64,000 bases of DNA from Octopus sinensis. Its lineage: Eukaryota. Positions 13,045-24,809 of the stretch are shown piece by piece (the stretch's first letter is position 1; each line of letters opens with the position of its first letter). Location of the stretch: positions 21,018,001-21,082,000 of the forward strand of contig NC_043020.1 in assembly GCF_006345805.1 (NCBI RefSeq), in the 5' to 3' direction. Made by a program: the position numbers and the translations under genes. The notes under the pieces were generated by a model. The model searched no databases. It saw nothing but the letters and a program-made list of their open reading frames with translations, and was not told the origin of the DNA.

Positions 13045-14170
13045 GGGAAGCTTTATGAAAATAGACAAAAGACGAAGGCAGGTGGGAAACAAACAAACAA
13101 TTGTATTAGTATGGCGCTCAGGAAATATAAATAAAACAAGTCTTTAACGTTTCGAGCCTACGCTCTTCAACAGAAAGATACACAGAGAGAAAAAAACACA
13201 GAAAGAAGGAGAGAAAAAAAAATGCGTGCAGTAACTAACGAATCAACATGGCAATCTGATTTCGGCCAGAGGTCAAAGATCAAACATGAGACGCGAGAGC
13301 GAAATAAGGGGAGATAATAGGGTTGATAATAGGGTTGACTGACCAGCTCCAACATGAGGGTGTGTGTGTGTGTATGAGAGAGTATTAGTGCGTATGAGAG
13401 GTCTGGACGTGTGTATGTATAGGGTTGGTGTATGTATTAGTATGTATTAGTATGTATAAGGGTGTGTGTGTGTGTGTGTGTGTGTGTATGAGAGAGTATT
13501 AGTGCGTATGAGAGGTCTGGACGTGTATATGTATAGGGTTGGTGTATGTATTAGTATGTATTAGTACGTATTAGTATGTATTAGTTGGTGTATGTATTAG
13601 TATGGCACATCATATATGATGTGATGTGTAAAGTTGTGTGGTGTAGTGTGGAGAGAGGAGAAGAGGGGGGAGAAGAGGGGGAGGAGAGGGGGAGGAGAGG
13701 AGGGGGGAGAGAGAGGAGGGGAGAAGGAATGGGAGGAGGAGGGGAGGAGGAAAGAGGGAGAGAGAAGGGGAGTGAGGGAGCAGAGGGAGGGGGAAGAGGG
13801 AAGGAGGGAGGGAGAAAGAGGGAAGAAGGGGAACAAAGAGGGAAGAAGGGAAGGGGAGTAGGGGTGAAAGGATGAAGGACTGAAGAGGTAGGGGCCGGGG
13901 GGGGAAGGTAGGTGAGGAGGGGGGGGAGGGGGGTTAGATGAGGAGGGGGGGGAGAGTTGAGACCAAATGACGTATAAGAGCGAAGAGAGAAGATTAATTC
14001 CTGTTCACGGCGCAAACGGGAATCCGGATGGCCTCTGTGTAAGTACAAACCGAACACAGATAGGTGTTGCAAGGAGTGACCGGTGGAGCGGAAATGGCGT
14101 GAGACCGGTGTGTCGTTCGCAAGGTGGATGTCACGAAGGTGTTCCGCGAACCGGTCAGCCAAGCGGCGTC
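13045..14170 (-). mobile_element. 5'-truncated PLE (Neptune/Poseidon-like endonuclease end) with long low-complexity 3' region
   Basis: RRLADRFAEHLRDI...PVSRHF...RLRREQELIFSLRSYTSFGLN. This is followed by a polypyrimidine tract, a ~120-bp tandem duplication (13360-13600) and an HHR-like motif. Confidence 0.8.
13142..13177 (-). ncRNA. Minimal HHR-like motif
   Basis: CTTT-CTGTTGA-A-GAG(CGTAGG)CTC-GAAA-CG-TT-AAAG. Stem III is the palindrome ACGT. Deviation: A6U. Confidence 0.55.
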
Positions 14171-15446
14171 CCAACACCCTAATGGGGGCCTTAACTCCCA
14201 AATTTTAGTCCTTTTTTTATGATCCAAAACTAGGTCAAAAGTACTGAATGGATCTTTATGAAATTTGGAAATTATATTCTATGCATAAGAGACATAACCA
14301 CCATGACAATTCATATATTTTTGCTGTTGATGAAATTTTAATCACAAATATTAGACACAAATGAAATAATATTTGTAAAATTTCATCTCACAAGTTAGAA
14401 AGACCCCTCCATGGGGATTTAACACCCACAATTTTGTCCTTTTATCTAAGCAAAGACGAATACAGTTGTACTCTTGGAAGCTGTAGGGTTACCCGAGCAT
14501 AAAAGATGAGCATTATTTGTAATTCAATGGTACAACAGTATAACACTTTGCTTTGACATACACTTACATTGTGATTTTTGCAATGTGGTGCATAAATTGT
14601 CAAGTAAATGAGAAGCTTCTTTGCCTCCACTGATTCAGTTGCAAAGTGTTGAGTAAAGTTATTTGATTGCAGACCTCCTTTCAGTCTTTTTATTATCACT
14701 TGGTCACACATAGTCCCCAGATAGTAACGTTGTTTTCAAGGCCTTCCCACATGAGTGACTGGTTATTCAAAGACATTTATAGATTGTAAATTTATTCTGT
14801 CCAGTTACGTATAGTGGTCATTTGCAAACTCCAGAGGTGACACTTTCATTTCTCCTTAGCCCTCACGTCACACAGTTGTTAATGTTTATTTCAGTCGGGT
14901 CACGCCCTTCCAATTGCTATAGATTCGTAATGCATCTTACGGCTGTGCCTGGATGGTGAGGAATCCTACATTGGGAGTGATAACAACTAGGGTAGGGTAG
15001 CTGACTGCTTATTGTGATCATTCGTCTTTTGGTTTCCTGTAGCTTTGCTCTTTTTTTACAAACCCAGTTGACATATATTTCCTATTTCAAAGAAATTCAA
15101 ACAATAGATATAAGACCCAAGTTAAAAAGATTCTCAACAATTCAACTTCTCTGGTTGACATTAAAACACCCACCCCCAACAGGGGCCTTAACTCTCACAT
15201 TTTAGAGTTCCATGACCTTCATTTTTCAGGTGCAAAATCCTTTTAACAGATTCAATAAGACTGGAATTTTGGAATATGTGCATAAAAATCAGTAGAACAC
15301 GGGATACATGTGGCACGATTACAATTTTTTTAGGGTGTGTAAAGAGGGAAATAACCCTCATCTGTAATTTTGATGAAATTCGAAACATAGCTATTCTAGT
15401 TCATTACAGAAAATATAACAGAAAAGTCTAATTCTTCAATTGAATG

Positions 15447-15477
15447 TAACACGGGCAACGCCGGGTATCTCTGCTAG
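15447..15477 (+). mobile_element. Helitron 3' terminus (element may extend back to ~14175)
   Basis: CACGGGCAACGCCGGGTATCTCTG-CTAG followed by T. It is nearly the same as the terminus at 36574-36600. The motif GGGGCCTTAACTC recurs at ~14205 and ~15182. Confidence 0.7.
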
Positions 15478-15478
15478 T

Positions 15479-15531
<53 letters not shown>

Positions 15532-15544
15532 CATACATATATAT

Positions 15545-15683
15545 ACAACGGGATTGTTTCAGTTTCCGTCTACCAAATCCACTGACAAGTCTTTGGCCGG
15601 TCCGAGGCTATAGTAAGAAACACTTACCCAAGGTGCCACACAATGGGACTGAACCCCCGGAACCATGTGGGTGGCAAGCAAGC
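15545..15683 (-). mobile_element. tRNA-derived SINE family 1, partial
   Basis: Reverse-complement similarity to 12541-12700. Confidence 0.85.
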
Positions 15684-15684
15684 T

Positions 15685-17410
15685 TCTTTTATTTATTACA
15701 TTGGCCATAAAGGCCTTATGAAGAAAGGAAGCTACGGGATGGACGAAGACATAATGATCTGAAATGTCTAACGAAATGATAATAGACGAGGGCAACAAGC
15801 AACGCCCGCCGATTGCTGTCCACCCGAGAGCATTGTTCTTTTTAGGTTACATATTCGAGGCAACAAACCTCTTACATTCAGTACGAATAAACATTTATGA
15901 GGCAATAAACCTCTTCAAAATACAAAAATCATTTATGAGGCAATATCCTCTTACCTTTTTCATAATTTAATAATGCAAAAAATGAGGCACTAAGCCTCAT
16001 ATTTATATTCATTATACACTTTCCTGTCCGACCAGGCTCTTCGCTTCTTTGACGCACCTAGACGGTGCCAAGCTGGATCACTTCGCTATGAATCTAAAAG
16101 AGTCCTCTGAGAAGGGATTCAATATCCTGCACCGATCGGTTTCCCATATGACCTCCGCAGCCACCTGCGAAGGCCAATCAGGGTCCTCCGAGCAGGACAG
16201 AATATCCTCCCACCGGCCTTTCTTTTTAAACTTCTTAACAAAGTTTTCTAATGTCCCTCCCTTATGGAAGAGGACCACAAATTCCTCCACAGCATGGGAG
16301 GGATCTACAGTTTCCAACTTCGGTGGCACAACTCCCACCGAAGGTACTTCGGGACACGCCGGCAATGTCCCGTTTTTTTTCCTTTGAGCCACGAAAGGGT
16401 GGAGTTCCTCCGCTTTGTCCTGCGGATCCTCCCTCCCTCCCGCAGCCTGCGGATCCTTCGGTGAGCAATCATTGTTGCTCACCTTTCGTTTTTTTTTTGC
16501 TTTTTTTCGAGGAGGTTTCCACCTCATCGACTTCCTCCTTTTCTCCCTTCAATGAGAGAGCAGGGAGCGGTATCTACATCAACTGCTCTAGGACCTTATT
16601 TTGGTCCTGAGGGCAGTTCAGAATTTGCGAGCCTCTTCGGGGATGTCAAACAGCAACCACACCGTTGCGTATTTGATCCCCCGAGAGATATACTTAATAG
16701 TTGACATATGTCCCGCCAACTCTTTTTCAATTACATTTTTCTCAAAGACGACGATGGTGTCGAAGGACTTGGAGTAAGTCTTCAAAACTACCGTCTTTTT
16801 TCGAACTCTTCCAACCATTTCTTGGGTGGCACTATTTCCCACTCCACAATTTTTTCATTGTTTTTTGTTATGTTAAATGAAAAGTTCAAATAATAGTTAA
16901 AAAATTCAAAACAATTCAAGGGAAAAATCACAAAGAAAGTCTCAACCAAACAGGAAGAAGAAAAAATATACAGCTCAATAAAGAGTTTGAAAATAGACGA
17001 TAGAAGAAGAGAAAGCGACAGTTCAAAACATACAGCAAAAAATCCATTGGCCACATGGTACTCCGGGCCTTCAATTTGAAACTGGAACATAGCTTCTCAC
17101 AGTTGTTGTATAATTCCACAAAAACCAACTTTTTCTGCGAACAATTCTCAAAATTAATTGAGAACAACACAATTCTCGAACTAAGTTTGGAGGCAGGATA
17201 CACACCCAAACAGTAATTCTCACAATTAAGTGAGAAAAACTATATACTCTACTGCAGGCAGACTAGAGCCTAGAGTCCAGTGAGGACCTCTTGCTTGTAC
17301 AAAAATAATTATCTCAAACAACAAACCCCCTCTGGAACCAAAAAGCCAAAGACTTACCTTACAGCAGAGTCTTTTTCACAAACAATTTTCATCCGTTGCA
17401 AACCAGCGTG
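15685..17410 (-). mobile_element. Tx1-type element carrying only an ORF1 remnant (HAL1-like)
   Basis: IEKELAGHMSTIKYISRGIKYATVWLLFDIPEEARKF aligns with ORF1 VEKCMAPIWSKVSHVNRGARSATVEAHFETAEEARQI. The ORF1 end (~16020) runs into a 3' UTR and AATAAATAAAAG at ~15685 with no ORF2 motifs. Confidence 0.65.
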
Positions 17411-18699
17411 ACAGCTTCAAGGGTGTGCGAAGAAAACTAGAACAACCGGAACCGGAAGCGAGCTTCTTACCAAAAAACCGCTCCTGCGCCTATGTTTTAA
17501 AATTACAAAAGAAGGCATTTTAGTTATGGCCGAAATAATTTTGATGCAGGTGTCCTTGATTAGGATTAACTTTGGGTTAACAGAATCTTTATATTTGAAT
17601 GCTTTAGGATGCCATATGGAGAAGAGATACTGATACTGATCTTTCGTCCAAGGGGGAAATATCAAAGCATTCTTCTTCCTCCTCCCCAGAGAAATGTTCT
17701 GCTTAGATGAAGGGGGAGTCCCGCGACGTCAGGTGTCTCCTTGTACCAACCGTATAAAACTTATCCAAACTTAGGAATTTTTCTGTATAATTGTATTTTT
17801 TTGGCCGACACTTTTTTGTCATCTGATTTATTTTATTATTTTAAAAATTTATTATTACACACTGTATCTACCTAACGTCACACAAAACAATGGCGGGCAG
17901 TTCGTCAGCACATGTCATAAGACAACACCAAACTGTTTACTATTTAATGGTTAATCTCTGTAGACGATTCATAATTCAACACACTGTCAATTTTCCATCC
18001 TACAGTCTCCTCCAATAACTGAATGACACAAGTCAACAGACAGTCTACTGTGTAATGTTCCCTGCGACACAAGGCAACCAATAGACAGTACGCTATCTAA
18101 TGTCTAATTTCTCGGCAGATGACACACAAGACAGCAACATTTCTCCACCTAAAGGCCTTTTTTTTAGATATTAGTCACAAATGAAACCTGATCGTTCTTC
18201 TCTTTTTCTTTCACCTTCCCTTCTTCCACCTTCCCTTCTTCCCTGCCTTCGAGCACCACAAAAAAAAACAAAAAAAACCAGGAGAGAATAGTTTACTCTA
18301 CTTGGAAGAAAAACATTTTCTTTCAAATAGTGAAATTTTTTTTATCAATTTTCGTTTTTTTTATTGTTTGTCTTTATCTCTCTCTACGGGATATAATTAA
18401 TGTTCTCAATTGGAGAAAGACATTAATGTGAAAACAGTTCAAACATAAATATCTTGCCTCGTCTTCCTTGATAATAAGGTGTGGCTTTAGGTATTAGGCT
18501 GCTATTTCTAAAATGTTATACAGATCTGTCAAGAGAGGGAGGGGGAATAATAATAGTAATGGCTTCTGTTTAGAAGTTTGATAGATATGTTTGTAAGTAT
18601 ATATGTATGTAAGTATATATGTATGTAAGGTTGTTGTTAGGTAATAAGCCAAAGTGAAGGACACATAGCCTTGACAGATCATGCATCTAAGAGAACAAT

Positions 18700-19083
18700 C
18701 AGATATGAAAGCTACTACCCTGGGACCGTGCTGTCGCTATCCTAGCTTACTAGACTATGGTCTATGAACCTCGGATGGAAAATTTGGGGCCAGTTCCACA
18801 CACTACACTTTACCCACCAAAATTATCTATTGCGAAAGCCGAAGGATATGCCTAGCATCTACGACCTTTCAGAGAATAAATGTGAACTCAAGGCCAACAG
18901 GAGCATCACTGGCATAGTATTTGTCTTCAGGCAACTCCAAAAGAAAAATATAGGGAACAGAACAAGGGACTGTATGTAGCGTTTTTGGACCTTTCAGATT
19001 AAAGATTTTGATATTGTAGACAGGAAGGATCTGTGGGAAAGCAAAGTACAGTTGGGATATTTTTCTTCCATATGGTCATCCAG

Positions 19084-19141
<58 letters not shown>

Positions 19142-19830
19142 CTGGATGACCATATGGACGAAAAATATCCCAACTGTACTTTGCTTTCCCACAGATCCTT
19201 CCTGTCTACAATATCAAAATCTTTAATCTGAAAGGTCCAAAAACGCTACATACAGTCCCTTGTTCTGTTCCCTATATTCTGTTCCCTATAAAAGAGTCGG
19301 ACACCACAACGAGCTCTCAAAATACCCTTCCCAATAGGAAACAGTGTAAAGCAGAGCTGCATCCTCGCGCCTGCTCTCATTATCATCCCCAGCAAGATAC
19401 TTGAAGGGGCATAGAAGGCCTTAATTAGGAAATTACCTCTGCATCCGATATTGTACAATTGGCGACAAGAATTCTACATCAAGACTAGAAAAACTCAATG
19501 CCGACGACGTTATGTTTGTTTCTCACACAGTCAACTCTGCTCCGTATAACATACTTTGCATACTTTACCAAGCTCTTCAGACTGGAAATTAGCTTGAAGA
19601 AGACAGAAGTTATCCACCAGCCCCCATATTATAGGAAGAATATCCACATCATTGCGTAATACCGCCGACGAGCCAGAGATTAAGGCTGACAACCAGTTTA
19701 GTTACTTGGGATGCATCATTTCGTCTGATGCCAAGATCGACAAAGAACAAGAGTCAAGCACAGACAAACAGCGAATTTGGTAGACCGTACAAAAAAACTT
19801 GGAAGAGTATGCATCTGAGAAAAGTCACAG
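18700..19830 (+). mobile_element. RTE-clade LINE RT fragment
   Basis: ENKCELKANRSITGIVFVFRQLQ...EQNKGLYVAFLDL, FPIGNSVKQSCILAP, NADD, ISLKKTEV, FSYLGCIISSDAKIDKE. Confidence 0.85.
18947..19278. repeat. 332-bp palindrome centred on (TA)28
   Basis: 138-bp arms at 18947-19084 and 19141-19278 with one mismatch by eye. The spacer 19085-19140 is pure TA. Confidence 0.95.
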
Positions 19831-19989
19831 GTTCTTTTTAGTGTATTGCATGAGGTAGAAGTTGTCAGACCCTCAAGTCAAGCGACAACCGCTTTACTAA
19901 CACCTGGGCCAAAATTTCGAAATTTGCGTTTATCAGAGTTACGAACTTAACATTTTTTACATGATCCCCCTTGTTTGAATTCTTTCGCT

Positions 19990-21010
19990 GCAGTTCCACT
20001 GCTCATCCAATCATAGACCTAGATATTATCTCGTTCTGCTGCCAGTTGCTAGATATCTGCCAAGAGGTCTCCAAACAAATTTGGTATATAAACATAAAAG
20101 TAAAGTAAGGCAAACCATCCAAATTGGGTGACTTGCCACCCGTGCAGCAATCATCGCTTCTCATATTTCCGCAGCTATTATCTGCTTTTCGCTTGATGAG
20201 AATCGCGGCAGGGCATCGACGTAGGCACTGAAATCTATCCTGCATTCCGGCTCGGCATTCATTCCGAACAGTCGGATGAAGTGCTGCTGAAATTCCGCAC
20301 ACAGCTGCTCGGGCTCGAGTAGCATGCATCCATCATGGTCCACCAAATACCAAATTGTGACTTTGTTTCCAGGTTGGGTTCATCAAGTGGCTTTCGTTCC
20401 CTCATGCTCTCAACAATGCACCCTTCATCCTTCGCGTCCAAGAATTAGTCGAGGGCCAATCTCACCGTAAGCACGTTGGTCACACTGTCTTTCTGGAGCG
20501 CCTCTTCTACGGTTTTAAGTCTCACTCGATTCTATTTTACCTGTTCCTACGAACTTACTAAACCTAATGTACTCTTTTCTAATTGTCGTTTTCAGGACAA
20601 ACCACCATTTAAAAAAATTTACGATTGATCTCGTCAACAACCGCTTCACAAATTCACTAATCTGACTGCTCTAAGCTTGGTGGGTCGGGAGTGACGCGTT
20701 CAGTTTTCAATAACGAGACTCCTGCCTACGTAACTTATCTCGGTCGACGATTTTAAAATTTGGACGACTTTTGCTATCCTTATTTAGATACGACGTAGAT
20801 GACTCGGTGCGATTTTTCCTCGTACACACGGGCACAACTGGGGAAATCCAGTCGATATTAGACAGCTGGAAACGTTTGAGAAGGTCTGAGAGGCTTTTGC
20901 ACACATCACTCTCCTAACAGCTAACTCCATATAATCCAAACGTAATCGACTAGCACTAGATGTTCTCAAGAAAACCTCTAAAAGACTGAAGAAATTCGGT
21001 TGCTCCGGCA
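19990..21010 (-). mobile_element. Degraded Tx1 ORF2 fragment (APE end to pre-RT region)
   Basis: LSDLLKRFQL...RTESSTSYL, KWWFVLKTTIRKEYIRFSK and FQQHFIRLFG match the ORF2 at 2142-3150. Confidence 0.8.
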
Positions 21011-21972
21011 ACGAGCTCAGAAAAGTTTTTATATCTATACACTAAATGGATAAACAAAAGCTTAGTTTATCCATACATTATAAAATACTCCAAATAATGC
21101 AGAAATCTGTCCTGATCAAGTGGCTTATCCGCCGGAGAAGACATGGTCTGATATGGAACCAAAAAAATTCAAATAAAGGCAGAAAACTGTCCGGCAACGA
21201 TGGGATACTCAGCTTGTGTGTGCGTGTGTGTGTGTGTGTGTGGTGTGTGTGTGTGTGTGTGTGTTGTGTGTGTGTGTGTGTGTGTGTATTTAATAAATTT
21301 CAAAAATTAAGCAGAAGCACGACAAAGGAACGAACGGAGAATTCACACACAAGTCCTTCCACTTCAGTTATCGTCCAAAAATTCATTACAATTTAACGCC
21401 TTTAACGATTATATTGTTCGTTTTTGATGACGTCAATAGTGAATACCTGCTGGAATAATGTGCGAACGTTGATGACAGTGGTGAAGACAACTACGACACA
21501 TCCATAAATGTAAATATACAAACAAAACAAATTATACATTATACAAACACAATAAAGTCCGTGGGGCTCCGAGACATGATAAGACGAGTGTGTAAGTAAC
21601 GCATTGAAAAATGTCCTATAGGACTAAAAACAGAAAGTAGGGGGATAAAAATATAGAAAGAAAGGTGAAGGAAACGAATCCGGTATTGAAAGTAGAGAAG
21701 AACGCGAGAGGTCGGGAAGAGCGTGACTGAACAAGTCAGCGGTTAACCGAAAAAGAAAGTTGGAAAGAAAAATAGGAATGGTCCTGGATTACGTAGTAGT
21801 GGAGGAGAGAGAGAAAAACCGGTGAAGGGCAGAGAGATAGAAAGAGACAGAGAGACAAGGTGGTGAGAGAGGTAAAGAGAGTCAGGAAGAGAAAGAGAGA
21901 AGATGTCGCACAAAAAATTCCTGTTGTATAGGATAGCGAAGAGAAAATAGGAGCCTCTCTCTCTCTCTCTCT

Positions 21973-22066
<94 letters not shown>

Positions 22067-22089
22067 TATATATATATACGTTTTGCAAA

Positions 22090-22784
22090 CAACTTTCATA
22101 TTCAAGTGCTACTACCAGTCGAAAGCTCCACATACCGGAGGCCAGCAAGTATATGGGGTCATTAGGAGAGAATGAGCGCTGTTTCGGGACCTACCTTCGG
22201 CGATATCATTACGCGCCTCCCCCACTCACTGACATGAGGCCCCGCTTGCTAGATCAGCTGCTTATCAGATATAGCTCAATATTCTTCTAACCATCGCTCA
22301 TCGTCTCCTCTTAGTCAAATCCAGTGGCTACCCTTTTTCACTGTAGTTTGGATATCGCTCATGGTGGCATTTGATTTACGATGAGTTACACCTAACGTTA
22401 ACAACAGTCTCCTCACATTGTCCAACGAATCCTCAACATCCGACTTCGATTGGAAAATGCTCCCCTTCATGAGGAACCGTTAACTCGACTAAATTCGCCA
22501 CTTTCTTTCTCATTACATTATAATATCCGGCTTTTCGTAACTGGGATGGGAAAGAATCCTTGGCACCCTCGTAAATCTGCAGCCACCTCCCAATAGCCGT
22601 TCCACTTTTCATCGCTCACAGGAAGTTTCTTTTTCTTAAAACGGATCTGCTGTCCTGGGCGCACGAAGGTGATGAAAACCTTTGGTTGGTTCTTTCAATG
22701 GTTTTTTTCCACAGTCGATGAGAGCAATTTGGTCCTTTATAGCATTGAAGATAGCCTAAATGCTACCGTGGTGTTAAAGAACAC
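22090..22784 (-). mobile_element. RLE-type non-LTR element 3' fragment (HERO-like)
   Basis: FITFVRPGQ, WEVAADL..FFPIP, PDI, VELTVPHE, FPIEVGC.GF in the decayed frames. Confidence 0.7.
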
Positions 22785-23098
22785 ATACATTGCTAGAAAT
22801 AAGAGCTAAAATGCACATGAATGAAAACATATACACTAACAGGGACCATAATTGTCCGAAAAATACCGACCGAGAATTCTTAAGACTGACGTCAATTTTG
22901 GCAATTTCTGTTGCCTCGTCAGTTAACGCCTGGTGTTCGGCTTTTTCCGGACTTGTTTCTCTATTAGCATTTGTGTTTTCGCCATCCAAATTAATGGATG
23001 GCTTAGCGATTCGCTAATGTGTAGATACAAAATTAATAAAATCAGGTTGCAAAGTTTTACCGAAGTGGAGAATTATAATTGTCACTAAATGTGCCCTC

Positions 23099-23372
23099 GG
23101 GCATATGGGCGTAGTGGTTAAGAGCGCGGGCTACTAACCCTAAGATTCTGAGTTCGATTCCAGGCAGTGACCTGAATAATAATAATAATAATAATAATGA
23201 TGATGATGATGACAACTACAACATCGAAAAATACCTTAGGAATGAGAACCCAGGTTCGAAATTTACCCAATACACCAGATGAAGGTTGGAGGGTACATCA
23301 GCCGAAACGTTGTGTTAACAATAAGCAAGATGAGGACAAATCTCCGTCGAATGTAAATCATGTAAATAATGT
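23099..23372 (+). mobile_element. tRNA-headed SINE with internal (AAT)n(GAT)n and a 3' HHR motif
   Basis: A box GGGCGTAGTGG and B box GAGTTCGATTCC in a tRNA-like head (23099-23173). HHR-like motif at 23272-23315. Tail of ATGTAAAT(C/A)AT repeats. Confidence 0.75.
23272..23315 (+). ncRNA. HHR-like motif in SINE
   Basis: ACAC-CAGATGA-A-GGTTG(GAGGGTACAT)CAGCC-GAAA-CG-TT-GTGT. Deviation: U4A in this copy. Confidence 0.65.
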
Positions 23373-23494
23373 GACTAGGGTGTTAAAGAACACCAGAATA
23401 CCCTAATCATATTTAGTGACAATTATCATTATCCTTTTAGGTGAAACATTACAACATGGTGTTTATATCAATTTTGAGTGTGTGTATATATATC

Positions 23495-23660
23495 TTCGTT
23501 GCGTCTTGCAACCTTTTCAATAGTTAAAACCATTGAAAAGGTTGCAAGACGCAACGAAAATTTTAGAAAAATAAAAAAGAAACAACTGGAAATTTTACCG
23601 GTGAGTGTGTTAAATTATAAGGCACTAAAAGAGAATGACTCTCCCCAGACACACCAGTAT

Positions 23661-23671
<11 letters not shown>
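23495..23671 (+). repeat. Dispersed repeat with 27-bp perfect fold-back at one end
   Basis: Arms at 23495-23521 and 23532-23558. A second copy without the fold-back lies on the minus strand at 30008-30140. Both abut (TA)n. Confidence 0.85.
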
Positions 23672-23711
<40 letters not shown>

Positions 23712-24809
23712 AGAGGGTGAGAGAGAGGGAGTGGGAGGGAGAGAGAGAACGTGCACATCTACACTGTTAGCAATAACCTCAATACATTTTAGGGGAGGAT
23801 TGGTGGATGAGAGAAAGTTCGACGGGTTCCGTTATCTGTATATGTAACGATTTTTTTCATTATACAATAGATGGTGCTGCAAAACGCATACTATTCCAAT
23901 TAAAAAGTTTTATTTTCGAAAATGTTATCATACATACATACATATATACCTGTGTGTGTGTGTGTGTGTGTGATAAATGAGAAACGGAAGAGGGAATATT
24001 TGAGAATTTATTATCTATCACGACAATTGTTTTGGCACATCTAGCATCGATCCCTCACGGGTGGGACACTTAACAACTGGTTCAGGAATATCCAGCGGTG
24101 AAGATGTGTCTCATCGGATGATAAATAGACATAACTCGTTCTGCAGTTTATCTTCTCATTTCGTAGGAAGAAAAGCAACAAAACGAAATATCTTCATTGA
24201 TATAGAAGATCAAAAATAAAATCACAGAGGCAAAAAAGAAACGAACACGCAACACAGCGAGAAAAGTATTTAAAATAACCGTTAACAAATATGTGTGAAC
24301 GTTTGTGTTTTTGTGCGTACGTACGTGTGTGCATACGTGCGTGCGTGCGTGTGTGTATGTGATATATTATAATCCTTAAAGCTTTTGCAGTCGTTCACAA
24401 ATGTTTTTTTAAAAAAAAAACAACATAAGGATAAAAGTTTTCTTCAAACTTTTATTTCATATGCCAACAGATATTCAAACTGAATATTTCATGAGAAAAC
24501 AAGCGCCAGTATACCAGCTGATTATAGGAAACGAGTAACTCTGAGCATTGGAAATTGGCGACTTTCAGTTAGAACGTATCAAAGAATATTCTACATTTTT
24601 ATTCAGTCCTGTAATTTATCAATTTATTGTTTCTGATGAATCAACAAATATATGTATGATTTTTTTTCCTCATTTTCTCACTGTTCAGCGTTCTTGTTTT
24701 TAAAATATATATAACGTATTGTAGCGAACTCTAATGAGTTTCCTCTCTTATATTACATACTTACGAAGGTAGCAGGTAACAGCTAACCTTTGGACGCTGT
24801 TTTGGACCC

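Noticed and set aside
13581-13960. Pro/Ser/Leu-rich extension of the GIY-YIG ORF
   Set aside because: It is read-through into a polypyrimidine tract that lacks stops by composition.
15857-16000. CRISPR-like array of palindromic repeats with variable spacers
   Set aside because: The repeats are only ~15 nt and degenerate, there are no cas genes, and the context is a eukaryotic retroelement UTR. Kept as a hairpin array.
20975-21035. CTGAAGA...GAAA hammerhead-like string
   Set aside because: It lies at the edge of the antisense Tx1 ORF2 fragment, and stems II and III do not close on the core.
22774-22989. 71-aa ORF with a hydrophobic C-terminus, possibly a membrane-protein exon
   Set aside because: It has a non-ATG start, no recognisable family and no clear splice sites, and it runs into a HERO-like fragment.
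23099-23173. Functional tRNA gene
   Set aside because: The acceptor stem pairs poorly and the head continues into a repeat body, so it is a SINE head.
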